From Mobula hypostoma (Eukaryota): a stretch of DNA of 64,000 nucleotides. The stretch spans positions 27,654,001 to 27,718,000 of the forward strand of contig NC_086108.1 in assembly GCF_963921235.1 (NCBI RefSeq), read 5' to 3'. Positions 1-12,699 of the stretch are shown one piece after another. The notes under the pieces are model-generated. The model saw only the letters and a program-made list of their open reading frames with translations, was not told where the DNA came from and did no database searches. The stretch's first letter is position 1; every line of letters starts with the position of its first letter. Made by a program: the position numbers and the translations under genes.

Positions 1-730
1 AACTTCCCATTCCAAAACACCCTCTTCTTACCCCAGGCCCTTTGTAGAATCACTGCCTTGCTCTTGAATCGAAGGAATCTAAGTACTATTGAGCGCAGCT
101 TACTTTCTGTGTCTCCGAGAGACCTCGGGACGAGCACACGATGCGCCCTCTCAGTTTCAATCTCCATAGTCGGGAGAATCTCCTGTGCTTCCTGCAGCAA
201 CTTTTCTACAAACTCCATCATCGACAAACCCTCCACTCCTTCGGGAACATTATTCCTGATATTTTTCTATCGCAATCTTCCCTCCTGGTCAAGCAATTTA
301 CTCTCCTGTTGATTTAGAATTTTTATTGTCTTACTTAGAATTCGTTCCACGTTTTGCACGCGATCTTCCACCTTCTCAATTCGAGTCTCTGCCACCGCTA
401 TTTTCCGATTGACATTGCTGAGCTCTGACTTTATATCATTTAGTTGCTGTTTTATATCTTTTTGGACTTCCTTTAACTCTTCCAGAATTTTTATCATATT
501 TGCCGCTTCACCTGAACAAGGCCCCATGTCAGCTTCGCCACCACGTGCACGTATAGGAGAGCCGCTCGTTGTACCTCTCTGTCCCAAGGCTCCGCAGTGA
601 TGCTTTTTTATCTCCATTCTTTTTCCCCATTCTTGCCCCCCTTATCAATTCTGATATTTTTGGAAGATCTTATATTTGATGGATTAACAGGCCAAAATAT
701 GCGTTTTTCCAGAGGAGCTATTGATTTAGA
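1..730 (-). mobile_element. L1/Tx1-clade LINE 5' end with disrupted ORF1 (coiled coil + RRM), running off the window edge
   Basis: ORF 267..617 has a heptad coiled coil (IAVAETRIEKVEDRVQNVE...LLDQEGRLR). After a stop/frameshift the minus strand reads ...VPEGVEG...IETERAHR...RSIVLRFLRFK, typical L1 ORF1p motifs. Confidence 0.8.
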
Positions 731-1684
731 CGATTGATTTAGCTATTGATTCTGGACGATGAAATCACTGGAACTGCACTTAATTATTTTTCTATAGACT
801 AAACTGACATGCTTTACAAAAATCTTACGCTTATTTAAAAAAAAATTGAATATCCTGTTGTTACAGTCTATACAGGTTATGGGCATTTTACATTTATATA
901 TATAATTTTTCCCTTACCTATGTGCCACCAGAAAGAATTTTTCATTGCCCAACAAGGCTGCACAGGTGTCCCATCATTGATTCACAGACCAACTTATGTG
1001 TCAGATTAAGTCAGATGGAAATAACTTCATCTTTGCCAGAATATTTTTTGTATTCAAGTTGCATTATAGACTTGGGAATATGATGTCAGCTGAAAGTTTG
1101 GTGAATTGTTCTGAGGGGACACTCATCAGTATAAGGTAAGACTCTGATTCACTATTGAAGGAGGATTGACACATCGTTCTCATCAAACAAGTTAGTTATG
1201 TAGCCATAATAGAGAATGAAGTGGAAATACATAGCTGAGGTACATTAAATGTAGCAGCTCCAGAAGGCGGCTGGGAGGAGTAGAGGGTACTTTGGGCAGT
1301 ATGGGGTAGAGTTGAAGAGATGATTGGGAAGCATGGGGAGGAAATTGATGCTGCCAGTGATGACTTGAGAAAAGGGAGGTGGTTGCCTCAATAATTTGGG
1401 AGTAGTGTGGAGATTCAGCAGTGAAGGAGAAGTCCAAGGGAAACTCTGTGGAGACAGTAGTAAATGCAGATGGTGGTATGCAGAGCAGCAAAAAATCTGC
1501 TGGATGAACAGTTCTGCTCAACCCATGAAGAGCACTGGGGAGCCATAATAATTTCCACTGATGGAAGCAGTCACTAAAGGGGAGAGGCGATGGGAGATTA
1601 CACACTGAGGAAAGTAAATAAATTAAATTCCCTAGCAAAGGTCTCCCTAGTGCTGGACCTTATAGCTCACATTAGAATAGGGTA

Positions 1685-2478
1685 AATCATTGAAAGTTAG
1701 CATATGATTCCAACAAATAATTAAGAAGGAAAATTGAAAGAGGATCTCAAGCTTTCCTGGTATATATAACAAATAAACTCTTCTCAGGCTTCCAGCCAGG
1801 TACAGACATCAATTATAACTGACGTTTCAATAAGAAACTGCCATCTTCTTCAAGGATGAAGAAGAAAAATTGTATATCGGTCTTTATTATAAGTAGATTT
1901 GAGCACAAGGTTATTTCTTGCTCCAATTAGCTAAAGCCCTGATGAGAATGCATGTGGATTATGTGTATGCATCTAATCTCCTTACCTAGGAAAAGATATT
2001 CCTGTTATAGAGGCTGTTCAGCAAAGGTTCTCCAGTGATTGTTGTGATGGTGGCTTGTTGAATCAGAGGACATTAAGATGGCTAGTTGAGGAACACTCAA
2101 GTTCAGAAGAATGAATGATAATCTTGCTGAAACAGACAAAATCCTCAAGGGGCTTGAAAGGTTAGATGTGAATATTTCCCTTGGATGGTGTGTTCAGAGC
2201 CAGGTTTTGCACTTTAGAATAAGGGATTAGCCATACAGGGCAGATAAGAGGAGTATTTCTTTCACCCAGACAACGGCAACTCTTTTAAAAGCTATATCCA
2301 GGAGGCTCCGGAGGCTTGTCAACTGGTACATTAAAGTAAGTGGTCGATAAATTCTGGGATTATGACGTGGTGTAAGAAAGGAACATGAGTTTGTAGGTCA
2401 GCCATGATCCTATTCAATGAAGGTGCAGACACGTGCAGCTGAATAACCTACTCCTGCTTCTATATTATGTCCTTATTT
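1685..2478 (+). mobile_element. Old degenerate CR1 LINE 3' fragment with a small PLE-like insert (~1775-1860)
   Basis: Decayed similarity to the CR1 ORF2 C-terminus and 3' UTR at 40770-41467, ending CCTACTCCTGCTTCTATATTATGTCCTTAT. Confidence 0.7.
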
Positions 2479-2782
2479 TCAGTACTCAATCATTGGATAA
2501 GACTATCACTGATGTCAATGCCTGATCTATTCATAAGATGAAGGCACATTAGAACATTTTGTGTGTGCCATCAATCATGAGTTGGAACAGGCTGAGGTCA
2601 TGAGTGTTCACAGCATAGGCACTGAGAAACAGGCTGAATATCCAGAAGAATGCTGCCCACACACAAAGCACATCAATTAACTGGATTTTAGATGAAGTTT
2701 ACTTCTGCAGTACATAAAGTTGTTGTGCTTCTTCAGAGACTGATTAGGTAACGTAATAGTACTTATGGGGAAATTAGAGATG

Positions 2783-3100
2783 AGGCAGTGCCACAGCTAA
2801 CAGAGCTGCTGCCTCACATCTCCAGTGATCCGCTTTCAATGCTTAGCCCTAGTGTGATCTGTGCGCATTTTGCACGTCCTCCATTGTGACTGTATAGGTT
2901 TCCTCCCATTCCACGAATATGTGTGGGTCGATAAGTTAATTGATGACAGCTAATTGCCTCCGATGAGTGATGAGTGGCAGAATCCAAGGTGTATTGATGG
3001 GGTGGCGGGGGTTTAATGTGAGATAAGAATAAATGTGCTTGATAGTCAGTATAGACTCAGTGGGCAGAAGAGGCTGTTTTTATGGTATGCTGTATGATCT
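2783..3100 (+). mobile_element. tRNA-derived SINE (HE1/V-SINE-like), degenerate
   Basis: GCTGCTGCCTCAC head, TTTGCACGTCCTCC...GGTTTCCTCCCA central domain, CR1-like GGGCAGAAGAGGCTGTTT tail. Confidence 0.65.
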
Positions 3101-4320
3101 TAGATACATGGGCATGTTAATAGAATTTACTGCAGGACCTAGGATTTTAAACATAGGTTGCTAACTCATTGCATGACATGTTTAACTTTTATTTTGTGTC
3201 CTCAGTAACCTTCTGCACATTTCTGGTAGGGTGATCGATTGAAATCTGTAAGTCAGACTTCGAAGAATAAAAATGATTGAGTTTTATACTTGAAATGCCA
3301 TTGAGTTAGCACATTGCCGTGCAGCATCCAGATCCTGCAGCAGGTGTCTCCAGCTGTGCACGTCAGGTGCACTGGTAGTTACACACAGAGTGAAGATAGG
3401 ATTAACAAAGGATTACCAGTGACAAGGGAGGTGATTCCAATTTTTCATCTCCTCTACATCTGCCCAATCATCCTGTTCACTGGGAAAAGTCACGGATTGC
3501 ATGCAGCAGCTGGAAAAGGATAGGATTAGGGTCTCCATGGAGATGTCTGCATGATACTTTCTTCACTACTCTATCTTGGCAAAGATCAACAAGCAACGAC
3601 GCAGAAACATACCTGAGCTGTGCAGGCATCTTCAACATAACACCTTTAGCTTCCTTTACAGGGGGGCAACAATGAATATCTCATTTCACAGCCAGTTTCC
3701 AGCCTTTTTATTTCAACACCAGTAACTACTTCGAAAATTTCAAAGGTTTTGAATGTGAATCTGAATATTAAAAAGTGCCTGATTTTCTCACTGGTGAGAG
3801 TATTCTATTTTAATTTCAAGCAAACCCAACAGAGAGATATATTAGATTCAGTGCAATCACAATCTGTGAGCCAAGCTTAATGAATCTGTTTTGTGACATT
3901 CTCATTTCTTTTCAATATTATGCATTGATATTCTTTATATATAGATCACTGTATGCATGGCTGAACCCTGCTTAAAACCTGATTGATGTCTGTATGACAG
4001 AAGGGGAAATGAAATCTGGCTTTGAATTACTGGAAGCAAGCTCGGGTAAAATGCAGGGAGAGTTATTGGGCTACATGCGTAATGTACAGCATGTGGAGCC
4101 AAGAACACCAGCCAATATCACCCTGGAAACAGTTTAAGTGCAGTCAGAATGTGCACCCTGAAAAATCTTTTACTGCTTCAACCTTCAGCCAGTTTAAAAC
4201 AGCAGCTATTTCAAATTCACATACAGTACTTTATGTTCAACCACTTACTAGCTCAGGATGGAATGATTATCATTATGTTCCCTGCATAAAGCAATCATTC
4301 CCTACTGTATCACCTACCTA

Positions 4321-4490
4321 TCCCAATCCCCACACCCTGTAACCCTTTCTCTCCCACACTCTTCCCAATCCCCACACACTGTAACCCTTTCTCTCCCACA
4401 CTCCTCCCAATCCCCACACCCTGTAACTCATCCTCTCCCACACTCCTCCCAATCCCCACACCCTGTAACCCTTCCTCTCCCACACTCCTC
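4321..4490. repeat. Minisatellite, 4 x 42 bp
   Basis: Unit TCCCAATCCCCACACCCTGTAACCCTTTCTCTCCCACACTCY starts at 4321, 4363, 4405 and 4447. Confidence 0.95.
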
Positions 4491-4931
4491 CAACAACGCA
4501 CCATTTTGCTTTTCCTCTCTCAAACTGCTCCCATCGTCACATTCTACAATCCTTCCTCTCCCATATCCATCCCAACAATACTCCTTGTAACTATTTCTCA
4601 TCCATGTCCTTCCCAACCTGCAAGCTCTATTACCCTTCCTTTTCCCTAACCTCACACCCCCGCCCTTTCAATCCTATAATCTTCCCTAACTCTTGCTCTG
4701 TTACCAACTTATGTGATACTATGATTAAGAAACAGGCCATTTGGTACATCGAGTTCCTGCTAGGTCCTAGAAGAGCAACTCCATGAGTTCCATTCTTCCC
4801 TGAACTCTATAACATTCACTTTTATATGAACTTAACATACCTTTGATTTCTTTGCAATTTAACTACACGAGGAAGAAGTCACAGTGGCATTTAAATTATT
4901 GACCTGCCCTTGACATATGGGATGAAACCAG

Positions 4932-5687
4932 AACATAGAAACATAGAAACATAGAAAATAGGTGCAGGAGTAGGCCATTCGGCCCTTCGAGCCTGCACCG
5001 CCATTTATTATGATCATGGCTGATCATCCAACTCAGAACCCAGCCTTCCCTCCATACCCCCTGACCCCTGTAGCCACAAGGGCCATATCTAACTTCCTTT
5101 TAAACATAGCTAATGAACTGGCCTCAACAGTTTGCTGTGGCAGAGAATTCCACAGATTCACCACTCTCTGTGTGAAGAAGTTTTTCCTAATCTCGGTCCT
5201 AAAAGGCTTCCCCTCTATCCTCAAACTGTGACCCCTCGTTCTGGACCTCCCCAACATCGGGAACAATCTTCCCGCATCTAGCCTGTCCAATCCCTTTAGG
5301 ATCTTATACGTTTCAATCAGATCCCCCCTTAATCTTCTAAATTCCAACGAGTACAAGCCCAGTTCATCCAGTCTTTCTTCATATGAAAGACCTGCCATCC
5401 CAGGAATCAATCTGGTGAACCTTCTTTGTACTCCCTCTATGGCAAAGATGTCTTTCCTCAGATTAGGGGACCAAAACTGCACACAATACTCCAGGTGTGG
5501 TCTCACCAAGGCCTTGTACAACTGCAGTAGTACCTCCCTGCTCCTGTACTCGAATCCTCTCGCTATAAATGCCAGCATACCGTTCGCCTTTTTCACCGCC
5601 TGCTGTACCTGCATGCCCACTTTCAATGACTGGTGTATAATGACACCCAGGTCTCGTTGCACCTCCCCTTTTCCTAATCGGCCACCA
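4932..5687 (-). mobile_element. Young 5'-truncated CR1 LINE (756 bp), inserted in a degenerate SINE
   Basis: Open RT C-terminus (YKALVRPHLEYCVQFWSP...FFTQRVVNLWNSLP); (TTTCTATG)n tail; possible TSD ACCAG at 4927-4931 and 5684-5688; near-identical to 40712-41467. Confidence 0.95.
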
Positions 5688-5939
5688 GGGAACCTGAAGT
5701 GGAGTACACGTGCTTCATGCAGCAAACACCTGAGGTCAGTGTTAAACACGCTTCTGGAGCTGTGGCACAATAGCAGGAATGGCTGTGCTGCCATTATACT
5801 TCTCAATCCTGTGACCCTCAGCATATCTCCTGCCTGCCACATTTCTTGTACCTTGCGATACTCAGTCTGCTGTACCTTCCAGTCTTTTGCTGCCCTCCCA
5901 TATCCCTTCAAATCCTTGCACTTTATCCTCAAAAAGCTT

Positions 5940-6462
5940 CAAAAGTTCAAAATAAATTTATCGTCGAAGTACATATCTGTCACTATATAGAGCCCTGCAA
6001 TTCATTTTCTTGCAGGCATACTCAATAAATCCATAGCAAAATAATAACCATAATAGAATCAATGTAAGGCTGTACCAACTTGGGTGTTAACCAGTGCAAA
6101 CACAACAGGAAAGAAATAATAATTAATAAATAAATACCAAGGACATGAGATGAAGAGTCCTTGAAAGTGAATGCATAGGCTAAGGGAACATTTCAATGAC
6201 GGGGCAAGTGAGGTTGAGTGAAGTTATCCCCTTTGCTTCAAGAGCCTGATGATTGAGGCATAATAACTATCCTGAATCTGGTGTTGAGAGTCCTAAGGCT
6301 TCTGTACCTTCTTCCTGATGGCAGCAGCAAGAAGAGAGCATGACTTGGATGGTGGAAATCCCTGATGATAGATGCTGCTTTCCTGCAACAACGGCTTGTG
6401 TAGATATGTAGATAAGGTGGGGAGGGCTTTACCCTAAGAATACACCTTGCTGTGCCACTCAT
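5940..6462 (-). mobile_element. Rex1/Babar-like LINE 3' fragment
   Basis: RKAASIIRDFHHPSHALFLLLPSGRRYRSL C-terminal motif followed by an AT-rich 3' UTR. Confidence 0.75.
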
Positions 6463-6617
6463 GTCAGCTTATACTGCTGCGTGAACCCTGCCTTATTTGC
6501 TATTCTTCCAGTGAATAAATCTCTCACAGTTTCATCCCTCAAATCCATCTGTTTGTATATTTCTTTAGATTGGTGACAATGTGGAAAGGACTCAGTCAGG
6601 CTCTCAACTCACAGTGG

Positions 6618-7235
6618 AGACACAGCAGACTACAGATACTGGAATCTGGAGCAACACCCAAAATGCTGGAGAAAATCAGTGGGTCAAGTAACATCTGCGG
6701 AGAGACATAGACAGTTGATGTTTCAGACCGTGACCCTTCACCTGGATTTCTGGTTCTCTGCTCCATCCACTACCACCTCCCTTCGCCACAAACTTCCTCT
6801 ACTTTGCTTTTAGCAACAGGGGATTTATTTACTGAGAGATACCGCGTAGAAGAGGCCCTTTTGGCCCACTGAGCCACGCCAACCAGCAACCCACCAATTT
6901 AACCCTACCCTAATCACAGGACAATTTACAGTGACCAATTGACACACTAACTGGTGTGCCTTCGGACTGTAGGAGGAAACCGGAGCACCCAGAGGGAAGC
7001 CACACACACATGGGAAGAGCGTACAAACGTTCCTGCAAAGGATGCTGGGATTGAACGCTCAACTTTTATACCCCAAACAGTAATAGCATCATACTAACTG
7101 CTAATAGTAAATCCAACAAATTGGACCTCCAACTTTCAGCTTTGGCATCCAAATGAAGGGTCTCAACCCAAAATCTTGACTGTCCAATTCCCTCCTTAGC
7201 TGCTGCTGGGAATCCAGAGGTTTTTATCTGTTATT
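6618..7235. mobile_element. Old PLE terminal-repeat remnants in inverted orientation (~6618-6748 and ~7148-7235) flanking a SINE
   Basis: CAGATACTGGAATC...AAAATGCTGGAG...GATGTTTCAGACCGTGACCCTTCA and GAAGGGTCTCAACCCAAAATCTTGACTG resemble the PLE end at 45445-45732 in opposite orientations. Confidence 0.6.
6826..7105 (-). mobile_element. HE1/V-SINE-like SINE
   Basis: GGAGGAAACCGGAGCACCCAGAGGGAAGCCACAC (reverse complement of the V-domain) plus a CR1-type tail. Confidence 0.75.
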
Positions 7236-8319
7236 CCCAATTCTCAGTGATTATACAAGACTGTATGTCTGGCTTGTTTTCTTAGCGACTTCTAATAAAG
7301 CTTGTTGTAGGTGGACTTAGTGGAGCTGCCTCCTCCTTGTCTCTTCATTCTCAGAATATGTTTCTTATCAACTGGGTTGTGCAACAAATTGCTTGCACCT
7401 CCTTTAAAAGTTGGCATTAGGCATAATGATATAAATGGGCATCTAAATGATTCGCCTTCCAAATGTGTGATTATCAATAACATATTGGACAAGTACATAG
7501 AAATGAAAGTTTAAAAACAGATGGATCACGTAAGGTAGAAGAGAGTTAGTTTAATTCAGCCTCATGTTCGGCACAGACTTTGTGGTCTGAAGGGTCTTTT
7601 CCAGTGTTACACAGTTCTATGTTCTTCACAAGCTGTAAGCGATGTAACAGTGCCTGTGAAAACACTGAGTGGCATTCAGCAGCAGTGAGACGAAAGAGCT
7701 GTATAGTGGTGCATATTTGGAACAAGCTACCAGAGGAAATGGAAAGGATGGGTACAATTACAATGTTTAAAAGAGAACTAGGATATTGGCCACATGTAGG
7801 CAGGTGGGACCAGCTTAGAGCAAAAGGCCTACTGCTGCATGGCTCTATGACTCTATGACTCTACTTATAAGACCATCCACAGTGGTGGCAATCTCTCCAG
7901 CTGGGCCGGACTAGGACTACAAGTTACAAATCTCACCCCAGTGTCTTCAACTCCATATGCAGACTCGACTCACTCTCTTTCCCAACACACCCTTAGGCCA
8001 CAGCCTCAGTTCTCTAGAGGTATTACACTGATGTACAGTACATATGCTTTGGCATAATTTGCATGGATCACTTGCAAAACGAAGCTTGTCACTGTATCTC
8101 AGCACATGTGGCAATAATAAGCCAATTATATTTCCACCCCAGGAATGAGCGGGATTAATCACACCACACAGTGTCCGAGCTGCGTTTGTTACCAATGGTC
8201 CACAGTCATTAATTGTGCCTACTACCATCTCATCCTGCTTGTTGATGTAAACCTCATGCATACATCTCTTCTGGTTAGTGTACAATCTTCTACATAACAT
8301 TAAGCTGCTTATTCGGAGC

Positions 8320-8790
8320 ACTGCTAACCCACCATGAATCTTTCGTAGTCATTCCAATCACACCTTTGTTCATGCAGATGAAGTCTCAATTTTGAAAACA
8401 CTTACCCTTGTTTTTCATATCCCTCTATTGCCTTGCCATATCACCTCTCTTCAGCACCTCTGACCCCAATTTTTTACATTCCTTCCAACTGCACAACACT
8501 TACAGAACTCTGTGCTCCTTTATTTCTAGTTTCTGGCAATCTATTTACTTTAATTGCGCCATCATTTTCAACTAGCCTTCAGCTACCTAAGCCACAGAGC
8601 CTGAAATTCCTTGGATTCAACTTTATTTCTCTCCTTCATTCTTTAAAGCCAACCTTATTAACTATCTACCAGCCCTTTGACTATCTACCATAGCATCTCT
8701 TTTTGTGCCTCAGTGTCAGGTTCTGCTTGGCAGTGCTCATTGTGGATACAACATTACAATCTATTAGACTTGCTTTATAAATGACATCCA
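8320..8790 (+). mobile_element. Ancient L2-like LINE 3' end
   Basis: Decayed GCCTTCAGCTACCTAAGCC...GAAATTCCTT and terminal GCTTTATAAATG resembling L2 3' ends. Confidence 0.5.
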
Positions 8791-8931
8791 TTGTTGGCCT
8801 TGACCTTTTTAGATTATTATTCCATTACGTCTTGGCCAGTATATCTTGAGATAAGGCAGCCTATGAGTTTATATGCTGGACAGGCTGGGGATAAGAAATT
8901 GAAGAGCATTAACCAGAGACATGGAATGACA

Positions 8932-9237
8932 TGGTAGAATAGCAGTTAATGCAATCAGCACCAGAAGTCTTTGATCAGGGATCGATTCTTGCCCCTATCT
9001 GCAGGACTTTGTATGTTCTCCCTGTAAATGTGTGGGCTTCCTCTGGAAACTCTGGTTTCTCCCACGTTCCAGAGGTATACTGTTAGGGTTAGTGAATTAC
9101 GAGCATGCTATGTTGGTACCAGAAGCATGGTGACACTTGTGGGCTGCCCCCAGCATAATCCTTGGTATGTTTGATGCAAAACAAAGCACTTTACTGTATG
9201 TTTCGATGTTTCAAAGTACATGCGATAAATAAAGCTG
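8932..9237 (+). mobile_element. V-SINE-like SINE
   Basis: B-box-like GATCGATTC, TTTGTATGTTCTCCCTGT...GTGGGCTTCCTCTGG...CTGGTTTCTCCCAC, ends at AATAAAGCT. Confidence 0.65.
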
Positions 9238-10329
9238 GTATCTTTATCTCTGCTTCTGTGTCTCGAGACATCATCAAACTGTTTAAGCTGCAAGTTCACT
9301 GAGATCCAGAGAAGAGGTGGTGATATAGAAAGTGGTTGTGAATTTATTTGATTGGACAATCAAAAGAACCAATCAATTCACACAATATAATACTATTTTT
9401 GCCTTTCTTTCAATGTCAAGTTCAAGAAACAAAAATGTGTATTTAAATTTAAAGTAACAAATCTGACCAAGACATTGCTCCACATTTCTCCACAATGTGG
9501 TGAGTACCCTTATGTTGTTTAATGAGAAAGAACTTCAATTGCAAGATTCATAGAACAGCGGTTTCAAGCCTACCTGTAAGGCATAGCATTGAAACTGACT
9601 ATCAGTATTTGCAGGGTGCTAATGTGGTGGCAAGTCCTTGCATGTCTCACCATGTGACACAGCAGATGAGATCTTCACAGCTAGCTCCTGAATGGACACA
9701 CCACAATGGAAGTAACACTATTCCAATTGCAGGAGAGAATTGCTACTGAATGAATAAATGCTGCAATGATTAGGGTGGGGTGTGAATTTCAACCAGGGAG
9801 TCAGAGAAACATAGATAGTGAAGAAGAATGCTGCAGGAGGACTGCTCTTTGTGGACTGGGGCCTTGGAGTCTGCTTCCAGCACAAGGTTGCCATGGATAT
9901 CGCTCTGCAATCATGAGCACAGCTTCTGAATGCTAGCAGAGCAGCTCAGCATTCATCCCACTTCCACCTGCTCCTCTGTGAACTGAAGGAAAATTAAATG
10001 AGGACTCTTCTCCTTAAATGTGGAGTGGCCCTGCTAATGCAGCAGGGAACAGGAAGTTGTGAAATGTGACAGAGATCAGCAGCAGAAGCCTGGAGTAATT
10101 CTGAGGACAGAAGGCTGAGAGTAACCATGACCCTGAACTCCATTTCAAAGCAGTCATGGCATACTTGAGGAAATGGGAGGTCATAGATCTCAGTGAGGAC
10201 CACAAACACAGCTTAAATATTGGCTCTTTAAATAGTGCTGGGTAACCAAGGTGAAGATGGCTGGTCCGTGGAAAAAAAAATCAGAATACCGTTCTCACAA
10301 TTTGAAACTAAAGCCCTGTTTCCATCCAG

Positions 10330-10996
10330 GCAGTCAGTGTGGACATGGTGGAGGGTTACAAATACCTGGGGATATGAATTGACAATAAACTGGACTGGTC
10401 AAGGAACACTGAGGCTGTCTAGAAGAAAGGTCAGAGCCGTCTCTATTTCCTGAGGAGACTGAGGCCCTTTAACATCTGCCGGACGATGCTGAGGATGTTC
10501 TACGAGTTTGTGGTGGCCAGTGCGATCATTTTTGCTGTTGTGTGCTGGGGCAGCAAGCTGAGGGTAGCAGACACCAATAGAATCAACAAACTCATTCATA
10601 AGGCCAGTGATGTTGTGGGGATGGAACTGGACTCTCTGACGGTGGTGTCTGAAAAGTGGATGCTGTCCAAGTTGCATGCCATCTTGGCAATGTCTCCCAT
10701 CCACTACACAATGTACTGGTTGGGCACAGGAGTACATTCAGCCAGAGACTCATTCCACCGAGATGCAACACAGAGCGTCATAAGAAGTCATTCCTGCCTG
10801 TGGCCATCAAACTTTACAACTCTTCCCTTGGAGGTTCAGACACCCTGAGCCAATAGGCTGGTCCTGGACTTATTTCCTGGCATAACTTACATATTACTAT
10901 TTAATTATTTACAGTTTTATTACTATTTAATTATTTATGGTGCAACTGTAACGAAAACCAATTTCCCCCGGGATCAATAAAGTATGACTATGACTG
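10330..10996 (+). mobile_element. Rex1-like LINE 3' fragment
   Basis: YKYLG, KKGQSRLYFLRRLR, ASAIIFAVVCWG and SHPLH motifs across frameshifts; ends GGGATCAATAAAGTATGACTATGAC. Confidence 0.85.
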
Positions 10997-11134
10997 AAAA
11001 TCCCACCACTGGTGAATTTTCCTTGCTACACTTTTGAGGAGACTGAAACTAGAAAAAAACCAAACCAGTGAGATTGCAAATTCTGCCAAAAAAAAAGAGA
11101 TAAATTTCCTAACCAGATCGTTGATATTTAGATG

Positions 11135-11410
11135 TCACAGAGCCATAAAAAGGTACAGCAGAAAAATGGGCTCTTTTGGCCCCATCAAATGCACCCCTGC
11201 TTTACCCTATATTAATCAACTTGTCCCAGATTATACTCACTTACTCAGAGCCAGATAACCTAACAAGTTGCAGGCCTTTAGAACGTGGGAGCAAACCCAT
11301 GTAGTCACAGGGAAAATGTGTAAACTTCATGCAGACAGCACTGGAGGTCAGGATTGAACCTAGCTCTCCATTGTGAGACAGTGTCTGTACTTGCTATGCC
11401 ACTTTGCTGT
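11135..11410 (-). mobile_element. HE1/V-SINE-like SINE, degenerate
   Basis: AAACCCATGTAGTCACAGGGAAAATGTGTAAACTTC...GGATTGAACC. Confidence 0.6.
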
Positions 11411-12699
11411 GTATAACATTGTTCCATTCCTGGGTAACTCAATTTTCAACAGCATAACTCTGGTCCTTCTGTTGTGGCATAAATAAAATTCTGATCTATA
11501 ATGTACTATAATGAGCCTGATGCTGAAGACAGCAGTTTGAAGTTATGCTGTCCAGGTTCTGGATTTAACTTCTCACCTGTACTTCCCTGCTCATTTGGCA
11601 GTCTGCAATAAACAATTTGTTGGAGAAATATTAATAATACCATAGATACTGCTCAACCCATTGACTTCCTCCAGTACATTGTTTGATGCTTCGGAGTTCA
11701 GCCAATGCACTCTGTTGTGTTTTCATTATAATTTCACTTTTCCTGCTGTTTTTGGCCAATTCATAACAGGTTTGGTTGGAACATAATCCAAATATAACGG
11801 ATTTTACTGTGGTACAAAGGACCGCCCTTTGTGTGGTGGCAACAGCTTTGCAGTTGTCCTGAAGATCCCCAAGGTGACACAAACTGAGCTTCTGACACTA
11901 ACCCAAGACAAGCTTGCAACAAATGTTCAGAATACACTAAAATCCTTCTTGATGCTTGTTTAGCAAAATAGTTATCTCTGAGTCAGCCCATGTACTCTTG
12001 AGAGAATCCTAACATTTTTGCTTTGAACGCTTTTTGCTCTTGTGCTGTAATGTGACCCAGTCACTGAACAAAAACCACAAAACCCTGCTTCATTTATCAA
12101 CTGTCTCCCTTAAGTAGCCAACCTAACATCCTCAGAAGACATTGCAGATGCTAAACACCTGGTGGGCCAGATGTTGCAAATGTGTTTTCTCCCAATTGCA
12201 ATTGAACAGAAAAGGAGAAACCATTATGGATTATGAAAAACAGAAACTTCAGTCCAATTGTTACAAAATTTGCCTCTTCCAATTCCTGCTGATTTAATTT
12301 ACCTTAGTTTATGCCTCTTAACTGGTTCATTTTGAAACCTTACTGAAACTGTTTATCCCACTAAAAATAAAACCTTTAAATATTTACAAGCAGCAGGACA
12401 CTCGGCATCTGTGCAATTTTCCACATCTGTCAGTATCAAGAAAACTTTTGTTGCTTTCATTAAGGTCACCCCAGAAAAGCAACATCATATGAAGAACTCA
12501 CTGAGTATAGACAAAGAGCTTTTGTTTTACAGTGATGTGAAGAGATTAATGATTGTTTTACCACTTGATATACCAGGATTTCCCCTTGGGTTTCATCTTA
12601 ATATTAAAAAATTCAAAGCCTTCTTTTGTAAAGTTCGAAGTAAATTTACAATCAAAGTGTGTATATGTCACTATATACTATCCTTATATTCATTTAAGA

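Noticed and set aside
1192..1638. 148-aa ORF
   Set aside because: Low-complexity Ser/Pro/Leu translation of a pyrimidine-rich strand with a non-ATG start and no domain.
4310..4504. Repeat protein (RSVGEEGLQGVGIG)n or CRISPR-like array
   Set aside because: It is a head-to-tail 42-bp minisatellite with no unique spacers, and the context is eukaryotic.
5033..5932. 299-aa ORF as a chimeric or domesticated RT gene
   Set aside because: The N-terminal ~80 aa is chance read-through into flanking SINE/unique DNA beyond the CR1 truncation point at 5687.
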